This document shows positions 58,082 to 64,000 of a stretch of DNA of 64,000 nt, piece after piece. Origin of the DNA: Candidatus Thorarchaeota archaeon (GTDB lineage Archaea; Asgardarchaeota; Thorarchaeia; Thorarchaeales; Thorarchaeaceae); contig JAUWOU010000002.1 of assembly GCA_030612005.1 (NCBI GenBank), forward strand, positions 915 through 64,914, in the 5' to 3' direction. Under the pieces are notes generated by a model that saw only the letters and a program-made list of their open reading frames with translations, made no database searches and had not been told where the DNA came from. The position numbers and the translations under genes were made by a program. Within the stretch, counting starts at the first letter, position 1. Each line of letters opens with the position of its first letter.

Positions 58082-59242
58082 TTGGTGAATAGCGTTTTGA
58101 CTGATACACTCAATAGAACTCAGCTTTACGAATGGCACAAAGAACATGGCGACATCGTTTCCTTTGCTGGTTGGGCAATGCCTGTTAGATTCTCAAACAT
58201 TCGAGAGGAACATATGGCTGTCAGAGAGGCTGTTGGAATCTTCGATGTGTCAAACATGTTGAGAATGTGGATTGAGGGGCCAGATTCTATTGATTTTCTC
58301 CAAACAGTAACTACCAACAACGTACGCAAATTGAAGATCAATGGTGGTCAATATTCCACCTGCCTGAACGAGAATGGTGGAACCTTTGATGACCTCATGT
58401 TGTATCGAATTGGAGAAGAGGAGTTCATCTGGGTTACCAACGCAGCCAATGGGGCCAAAATCTGGGCTCATCTCGAAGAACAAGCAAAGAAGTTCGACGT
58501 GAAAGTGACTGATAAAACAAAAGAGATAGCTATGATTGCAGTACAAGGTCCTAATGCACTAGCGCTTCTGGGTAAGATGTCAGAGAAAGATATGGATGAA
58601 TTTGGCAGATTCACGTGCAATCCTTTGACTATTGCTGGATACGACACTTTCCTGTGCAGAACTGGGTATACTGGTGAAGCAGGCGCAGAAGTATTAGTAT
58701 TGAACTGCTCTTTCTCTGAGGAGGGAAAGGAGAGAGCAACCGGATTCTGGAAAGAAATACTCGCCCAAGGTGCTGAGTTTGATATCAAGCCCTGCGGGTT
58801 AGGAGCAAGAGACTCAACACGCCTAGAAGCTGGGTTTGTTCTCTATGGACACGAGCTTGACGAAGAAACATCACCAATCGAAGCTCGGATACCATATGCG
58901 GTCAAGTTCAAAGTAGAACCTCACTATATTGGCTACGACACAGTACGGAGTCATAAGAAAGAAGGTGTTAAGAAGACTCGAATTGGATTTGTTATGATTG
59001 ATCGAGGGATTCCAAGGGAAAAATATCCAATTCTCCTTAATGGCTCAGAAATCGGCATGACAACCAGTGGTGGTATCTCACCCATATCAAACAAGGGCAT
59101 TGGAATGGGCTATGTTCCCCCCGATACAGTCGATGTTGGTGATATCATTGAAATCGACATCAAAGGTCGCCATCGAAGAGCAGAAGTTACGAAGTGGCCC
59201 TTCTATGATCTTGAAAAGTATGGTGAAACAAGGACTGCATAA
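58082..59242 (+). CDS. gcvT: Glycine cleavage system T protein (aminomethyltransferase)
   Basis: [45 protein letters not shown] at the N-terminus. Full length 386 aa. Followed by gcvH. Confidence 0.85.
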   Translation: MVNSVLTDTLNRTQLYEWHKEHGDIVSFAGWAMPVRFSNIREEHMAVREAVGIFDVSNMLRMWIEGPDSIDFLQTVTTNNVRKLKINGGQYSTCLNENGGTFDDLMLYRIGEEEFIWVTNAANGAKIWAHLEEQAKKFDVKVTDKTKEIAMIAVQGPNALALLGKMSEKDMDEFGRFTCNPLTIAGYDTFLCRTGYTGEAGAEVLVLNCSFSEEGKERATGFWKEILAQGAEFDIKPCGLGARDSTRLEAGFVLYGHELDEETSPIEARIPYAVKFKVEPHYIGYDTVRSHKKEGVKKTRIGFVMIDRGIPREKYPILLNGSEIGMTTSGGISPISNKGIGMGYVPPDTVDVGDIIEIDIKGRHRRAEVTKWPFYDLEKYGETRTA

Positions 59243-59285
59243 TATATCCAAACTGATTTAAACCGAATCTTGCAATCCGAAATCA

Positions 59286-59693
59286 TTGGTGGACAATATG
59301 GGCGACACCGAAATTAAAGATGAATTAAAATATAGTGCTGAACACGAGTGGATCAAAGTCGAAGGTGATATTGCAATCATTGGGATAACTGATCATGCTC
59401 AGAATGCACTGCACGAGATTACTTTTGTTGAAATCTCTGAGGTAGGCACAGTACTCAAAGCGAATGATGAATGCGGACTTGTTGAGTCCATGAAAGCCTC
59501 ATCAGATCTCTTCACACCAATTGGTGGCGAGATTGTAGAAGTGAATACTGAGCTTGAAGATGCTCCAGAAAAAATCAACGAAGATTGCTATGGGGAAGGG
59601 TGGTTGTTCAAGATTAAACCTTCAAATCTTGAAGCAGACCTTGCAGCCCTAATGGATGCGAACGCATACAAGGCATTAATCGAATCCGAATAA
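59286..59693 (+). CDS. gcvH: Glycine cleavage system H protein
   Basis: KYSAEHEWIKVEGDIAIIGITDHAQNAL and the lipoyl-lysine region VESMKASSDLFTPIGGEIVEVN. Confidence 0.85.
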   Translation: MVDNMGDTEIKDELKYSAEHEWIKVEGDIAIIGITDHAQNALHEITFVEISEVGTVLKANDECGLVESMKASSDLFTPIGGEIVEVNTELEDAPEKINEDCYGEGWLFKIKPSNLEADLAALMDANAYKALIESE

Positions 59694-59712
59694 AATAACA
59701 AGTGCATGACTT

Positions 59713-59745
59713 ATGGTGGGGCTGAGATAAGCTCCACCCTAATCA
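59713..59745 (+). terminator. Hairpin followed by a T-rich tract downstream of gcvH
   Basis: GGTGGGGCT-GAGATA-AGCTCCACC (stem with a 1-nt bulge) followed by CTAATCATCATTTCTTTTTCTG. Confidence 0.35.
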
Positions 59746-59867
59746 TCATTTCTTTTTCTGACTGGTTTCCAAAATTATAGTACAACTCCGATTCAAACAG
59801 TAACCTTTTTAGCGCATCACAAAATCGCTCCGCCTAGTTCGGAAAGAACGCGGAGAGAGCACTCCAT

Positions 59868-62594
59868 ATGTCAGTAGGTAAGTTCAGAAGGTCTAGTGTA
59901 CGATTCCTAAAACAGGTATTTCACCGACCTAAATCAAAGATTTCACGTGGCTCAATTATGGTGATGGTGACACTTCTCATCATCTTTATTTCTGCTCTTT
60001 TGTTGCGTCTAGAACCCCTACTAGACTCTCAGCCAGTAGTACGTGCATTTGACCCTTGGTTTCAACTAAGAGTTACTGATTATATTACAGAAAATGGATA
60101 TGCTGCATTCTTCAGTTGGTATGATGATTCAACATGGGTTCCATTTGGTCGTGATATGACCAAGACAAGTTATGTTGGAGTACCTTTCACAAGTGCCTTC
60201 TTCTATTTCATACTGAATGGTTTTAGTATCAGTGTAGATGTGATCACCGTATCCCTTATCCTTCCAGCTTTCATGGGAGCTCTTACTGCAGTGGTCGCTT
60301 TCTTCCTTGGTAGAGAACTCTATAACAACACTGTTGGACTATTCACTGGAATATTCACAGCATTCATTCCCGCTTTTCTACAGAGAACAATAGCAGGATT
60401 CTATGACAATGAGTGTATTGGTGTATTTGCCATTGTCCTTACAACATTTCTATTCATGAGAGGTCTAAAACGTGGTTCTATATCCGCTTCTGTGGGTGCA
60501 GGTCTTGCTCTAGGCTATCTTCAGATGTCTTGGGGTGCTTCAGAATTTATGCTAGGTCTTCTTGCATTATACGCTTTCACAATGTTAGTAATTGGACGCT
60601 ATAGCAAGAAACTACTTTCTTCATACTTAATTACAATCTCGTTAGGTATCTTTCTCGGAGCCCTTATTCCGCGAAATGGTTTCGCCAATCTGACAGATTT
60701 CACAATCCTTGCACCAATTGGAGTTGCTGGACTTCTTGCTATGTATGAGATTTGGCTCAGAATTGGAGGTTATCGTGAAACCACTGCCAATGTATTGGCG
60801 CCTCACATGAAACCCATTCTTTTCGGATTAATTACTCCTGTTATTGGTGTAGTTTCATATCTTATCTATGTAGGAAGTAATACGCTCACAATCATTCCCT
60901 ATAACTCCACTCCGATTCTAAAAATCGGTATGAAATTCCTTTCAGTAATCAATCCATTCTTGCGGTTAGATCAACGGATTCTAGCATCAGTTGCAGAACA
61001 CTTGCCAAGTCCATGGGGTGCCTTCTATAACACACTTTTAGTCTTGATATTCTTCTTCCCGCTTGGTTTGTACTTCTTATTCAAGAGAGGTCGTGATGAG
61101 GATTGGTTAATTTTACTCTATGGAGTGACATCAGTCTACTTCGCTGGAAGTATGATTCGCTTAAGTCTGATACTTGCACCTGGTGTAGCTATCTTAGCTG
61201 CAGTTGCAACATACAACATTCTATCACCTTATGCAAAGGTTGTCACACAGCAATCAGTCTTTGAGAGACGAAGATTCAGGATGAGTTCCTCACTCACCTC
61301 GGAACATGCACTTACTGCATTTGCGTTTATTGCACTACTACTGTCAGTTAACGTGATTCTAGGTGTGAATTATGTTTCCACGCAAGTAGGTAATCCTGAA
61401 TTTGCACAAGCTCCACTCTCAGAGGGAGCTCAAGCCACCGATTGGCAGGTTGCTATGACCTATATTAGGAATGTCTTACCTTCTGGGTCAATAATTGCTA
61501 GTTGGTGGGACTATGGTTATTGGATAAATGGTGCTTCTGACGCGAAAACTATAGTGGATAATGCGACGTTTAACAGTACGCAAATAGGACTCATGGGGTA
61601 TGCATTAATGGCCCTTAACCTAACTGAGTCACTAAAGACTTTCAAACTCTGGGACACAACCCATGTTCTTGTATATTGGGGACATAGGTACTCAGGATTT
61701 GGTGGTGACGATGGTAAGTGGCCATGGATGGTACGAATTGCAGAGGACAGATTTGGTACATCGCTGATTGATGATGCTACATACCTTGGTGACAATGATC
61801 AAACACTTGATAAATTCTTCAGCTCAACTCTCTACAAGCTCCTATCCTACGGTGAGCCTAGAAATCAAGAAGAAGCAGGACTTCTTAATCTACCCCAAAC
61901 CAGAGTGGCTGTGGATGAATTTTTCTGGCAAGATACTGAATGGGTTAGCCATATGCCAGTAGACCTTCATGGTGCATTCAAGGACCCATATGTCAGCTCT
62001 GCATACGGGACAGTCAAAATCTATGAAATTGATTACACAATGTATGACCAGTACATGAACCGTACAAATGCAGATCATATTCCATCTTTGACCGCTGAAA
62101 ACTTAGATGCATCTCTTGACGGAGTACTAACAAGTGCTGAGAGTTCTCTTCAAAGCTATGATGTAGCATTTGGTGGAGGATACAATGCTCGAGTCTACTC
62201 TCAAGCAAACTCAACTCACATGTACTATGGAATCCAAATGGACAACTACACCCTTGGTGAAGATGCCTTTGGTATTCAGTTCTCCCCAGAGAACGCAGTC
62301 CTTGATTCTGACCTCAGAATTGTGAACTATAATGGTCAACCATTTGATGGTAACATTCACTATGATGGAACTTGGACCGAAGACTCTACTGGTACAAACT
62401 CCACCGAATTTGCTAGTGGTGATAATGTAATAGAATTCATAATTCCATTGCAATCTGGAGACCTTCAAGATCTTGGAATGTTTCCAGGAATGAACTACCA
62501 GCTAAAATTCCTCTGGTGGAACAACATAGACCATGGTGAACCATCCTTTGCTAGTGATTGGAATACTTTCTGGGTTCCAATTCAGCTCTACTAA
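59868..62594 (+). CDS. aglB: Archaeal oligosaccharyltransferase AglB (STT3 family)
   Basis: About 13 N-terminal TM helices. The diagnostic WWDYGYWI motif is in IASWWDYGYWINGASDAKTIVDNATFN. Large C-terminal soluble domain. Confidence 0.9.
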   Translation: MSVGKFRRSSVRFLKQVFHRPKSKISRGSIMVMVTLLIIFISALLLRLEPLLDSQPVVRAFDPWFQLRVTDYITENGYAAFFSWYDDSTWVPFGRDMTKTSYVGVPFTSAFFYFILNGFSISVDVITVSLILPAFMGALTAVVAFFLGRELYNNTVGLFTGIFTAFIPAFLQRTIAGFYDNECIGVFAIVLTTFLFMRGLKRGSISASVGAGLALGYLQMSWGASEFMLGLLALYAFTMLVIGRYSKKLLSSYLITISLGIFLGALIPRNGFANLTDFTILAPIGVAGLLAMYEIWLRIGGYRETTANVLAPHMKPILFGLITPVIGVVSYLIYVGSNTLTIIPYNSTPILKIGMKFLSVINPFLRLDQRILASVAEHLPSPWGAFYNTLLVLIFFFPLGLYFLFKRGRDEDWLILLYGVTSVYFAGSMIRLSLILAPGVAILAAVATYNILSPYAKVVTQQSVFERRRFRMSSSLTSEHALTAFAFIALLLSVNVILGVNYVSTQVGNPEFAQAPLSEGAQATDWQVAMTYIRNVLPSGSIIASWWDYGYWINGASDAKTIVDNATFNSTQIGLMGYALMALNLTESLKTFKLWDTTHVLVYWGHRYSGFGGDDGKWPWMVRIAEDRFGTSLIDDATYLGDNDQTLDKFFSSTLYKLLSYGEPRNQEEAGLLNLPQTRVAVDEFFWQDTEWVSHMPVDLHGAFKDPYVSSAYGTVKIYEIDYTMYDQYMNRTNADHIPSLTAENLDASLDGVLTSAESSLQSYDVAFGGGYNARVYSQANSTHMYYGIQMDNYTLGEDAFGIQFSPENAVLDSDLRIVNYNGQPFDGNIHYDGTWTEDSTGTNSTEFASGDNVIEFIIPLQSGDLQDLGMFPGMNYQLKFLWWNNIDHGEPSFASDWNTFWVPIQLY

Positions 62595-62655
62595 TAATAT
62601 AACCAATGGCAACTGGGCTTTAGTATCAGTTGCCAAAATTCTTCTTTTTAAAAAA

Positions 62656-62832
62656 TTAACTGGTTTCTTGTTGTTCTATCTTACGTTTTGCTTTTCTTCT
62701 ATAGTCACCATATTTGTCTTGAGGACTATATTTTGGAGGTTTAGGATCTGATACAGCACCTCCACACTTTGGACAAGTTTTTTGACTCAGAGTGTATTTA
62801 TTGCACTTGGTGCATTTATAGAGATGAGGCAT
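62656..62832 (-). CDS. nop10: H/ACA ribonucleoprotein component Nop10 (58 aa). It is below the 60-aa cut-off of the supplied ORF track.
   Basis: Hand translation gives MPHLYKCTKCNKYTLSQKTCPKCGGAVSDPKPPKYSPQDKYGDYRRKAKRKIEQQETS. It has the C-x2-C...C-x2-C zinc ribbon and the P-KYSP-DKYG-YRR block typical of Nop10. It lies immediately downstream of aIF2alpha, the conserved archaeal arrangement. Confidence 0.8.
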   Translation of the reverse strand: MPHLYKCTKCNKYTLSQKTCPKCGGAVSDPKPPKYSPQDKYGDYRRKAKRKIEQQETS

Positions 62833-62849
62833 ATATGGTCCCCAACCCC

Positions 62850-63644
62850 TTACTTTCTCACAAAATTAATTGTTCCAGAGCCTTTCTCTATCTGTTTTGA
62901 AATTAAATCATAAACATCTGAGAGAATGTCTTCAGCTTCTTTGTAATCTGGACTGACAATTCTAAGTTTGTATCTGGGTGAACCTAGAGTGTATATTTCA
63001 GTTGTAGACTTTTCATGACTCTTTCCTTTTGCTAGTCCCTCGGTCAGAGCTTTCTTGATTACTTCAATTCCATTTGTACCAGGAACAAGTATTGTCATTT
63101 CACCGTCAATCTCAACAGAAGGTATCTCGATTCGCTGTTTTGCTAAGTCTGCAATCTGTTTCTTCAATTTCTTAGTTGCTTGGACTTCTTCAAAGACTTC
63201 TACATCACCATCTGCAGCTTTCTCTAGTCCTGTATATATCTCTCCAAAGACATCCTCAATTGACCAACCAATCTTCTCATAGACTTGTTCGAGAGTCATA
63301 TCGTTCTCTTTGGCTACCAATTCTAAGAGTTTCTCTGCTTTCTGAGCCCGTTTCCACTCGTTATTCTTGACTCTTTTGGACTCACTAGAAACACGTCTAA
63401 GAGAGCAATCAATATGCATCTTATCTTCGTCTACTTTGAGAACTTTTACAACAACACGCTGATTCTCATGAATATGATTACGAATATTCCTGACCCACGT
63501 ACTACTGATCTCTGAGATATGAATGAATCCCTCTTTATTCCCATATTCGGGTAAGTGAACGTAGGCACCATAAGGGGCTACCTTGCTTGCAACAGCTATA
63601 GCATAATTATCTGGATTTGGCCAATCAGCACGTTTCTGGACCAT
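62850..63644 (-). CDS. eif2a: Translation initiation factor 2 alpha subunit (aIF2alpha)
   Basis: N-terminal S1 domain GAYVHLPEYGNKEGFIHISEISSTWVRNIRNHIHENQRVVVKVLKVD. About 264 aa. Confidence 0.85.
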   Translation of the reverse strand: MVQKRADWPNPDNYAIAVASKVAPYGAYVHLPEYGNKEGFIHISEISSTWVRNIRNHIHENQRVVVKVLKVDEDKMHIDCSLRRVSSESKRVKNNEWKRAQKAEKLLELVAKENDMTLEQVYEKIGWSIEDVFGEIYTGLEKAADGDVEVFEEVQATKKLKKQIADLAKQRIEIPSVEIDGEMTILVPGTNGIEVIKKALTEGLAKGKSHEKSTTEIYTLGSPRYKLRIVSPDYKEAEDILSDVYDLISKQIEKGSGTINFVRK

Positions 63645-63658
63645 GGGTAAATTTCTCC

Positions 63659-63868
63659 TTACGGAAGGACCTCAACTTCTCGCGCAATTGGCTCGAGTTT
63701 AGCCTTTCCTCCGCTTGGCTTAGCAAGTATCTTATCGCACTTAAGGCATTTTACCTCTGTAGTTGCGTTTCCAAAAATAATCTGCTCATTCTCACAATCA
63801 AGGCATTTTACCTTTAGAAATCGTGAGTTTGGTTGTCGAACAATATCGCCTTTTGGCATAATAATCAC
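63659..63868 (-). CDS. rps27e: 30S ribosomal protein S27e
   Basis: C4 zinc finger VKCLDCENEQIIFGNATTEVKCLKCDKILAKPSGGKAKL, 69 aa. Confidence 0.85.
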   Translation of the reverse strand: MIIMPKGDIVRQPNSRFLKVKCLDCENEQIIFGNATTEVKCLKCDKILAKPSGGKAKLEPIAREVEVLP

Positions 63869-63872
63869 CCTA

Positions 63873-64000
63873 TACTTTCTGAACCTCGACCTTCTTCAAA
63901 CGCATACTCTTGGACTGGATAATGTGGTCGCATTCCTTACACTTGAGTTTGAGCACGGTCTTTTTAGTTGTCTTAGCAAAACGTTTCTGGATTGGTTTTG
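63873..64000 (-). CDS. rpl44e: 50S ribosomal protein L44e (eL42), C-terminal part. The gene continues beyond the window end.
   Basis: Hand translation of the minus strand gives ...KPIQKRFAKTTKKTVLKLKCKECDHIIQSKSMRLKKVEVQKV*. This matches the eL42 C-terminus ([20 protein letters not shown]...). The stop is at 63870-63872. Confidence 0.7.

Noticed and set aside
62533-62751. 72-aa + strand ORF overlapping the end of aglB
   Set aside because: The same DNA encodes a convincing Nop10 on the minus strand (62656..62832). The + ORF is low-complexity hydrophobic and overlaps aglB.

Overview
This 64 kb window looks archaeal. It carries PolD large subunit DP2, a multi-OB RPA, RadB, XPD, an Lhr-like helicase, a type IA topoisomerase, AglB/STT3, and the conserved L44e-S27e-aIF2alpha-Nop10 cluster. 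It also carries an Elf1-like factor and an alternative-mevalonate-pathway operon (MVK, UbiD-like decarboxylase, AcnX large and small subunits). Together these suggest a TACK/Asgard-type archaeon; this lineage call is inference. Gene density is high and many genes overlap translationally. Interleaved with the housekeeping genes are several accessory loci that I cannot match to named systems. (1) A minus-strand four-gene operon at 5.0-8.5 kb encodes an Lrp-like wHTH protein, an unknown protein, a KaiC-like RecA-fold ATPase and a large HEPN (Rx4H) protein. Three direct repeats bracket a TATA box in its promoter. (2) A plus-strand translationally coupled operon at 8.6-16.7 kb encodes small and polytopic membrane proteins, a membrane-anchored HerA/VirB4-like ATPase, a 722 aa unknown protein, and a protein with six tandem HTH repeats plus an HNH nuclease. 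Its architecture resembles Ced/Ted archaeal DNA-transfer systems. (3) At two loci, a diverged fragment of a housekeeping gene (the 3' end of a cysteine desulfurase; the 5' end of gcvT) sits next to a LAGLIDADG-like nuclease gene, which looks like homing-endonuclease or mobile-element insertion. (4) A protein with an NYN nuclease domain plus OST-HTH/LOTUS repeats is divergent from a RecA-like protein with a degenerate P-loop. The window also contains an apparently orphan C5 DNA methyltransferase next to tRNA-Pro, and many surface proteins with C-terminal TM anchors. No CRISPR array, rRNA or recognisable integrase or transposase was found. All calls come from reading the translated ORFs and the sequence by eye; no database searches were run.
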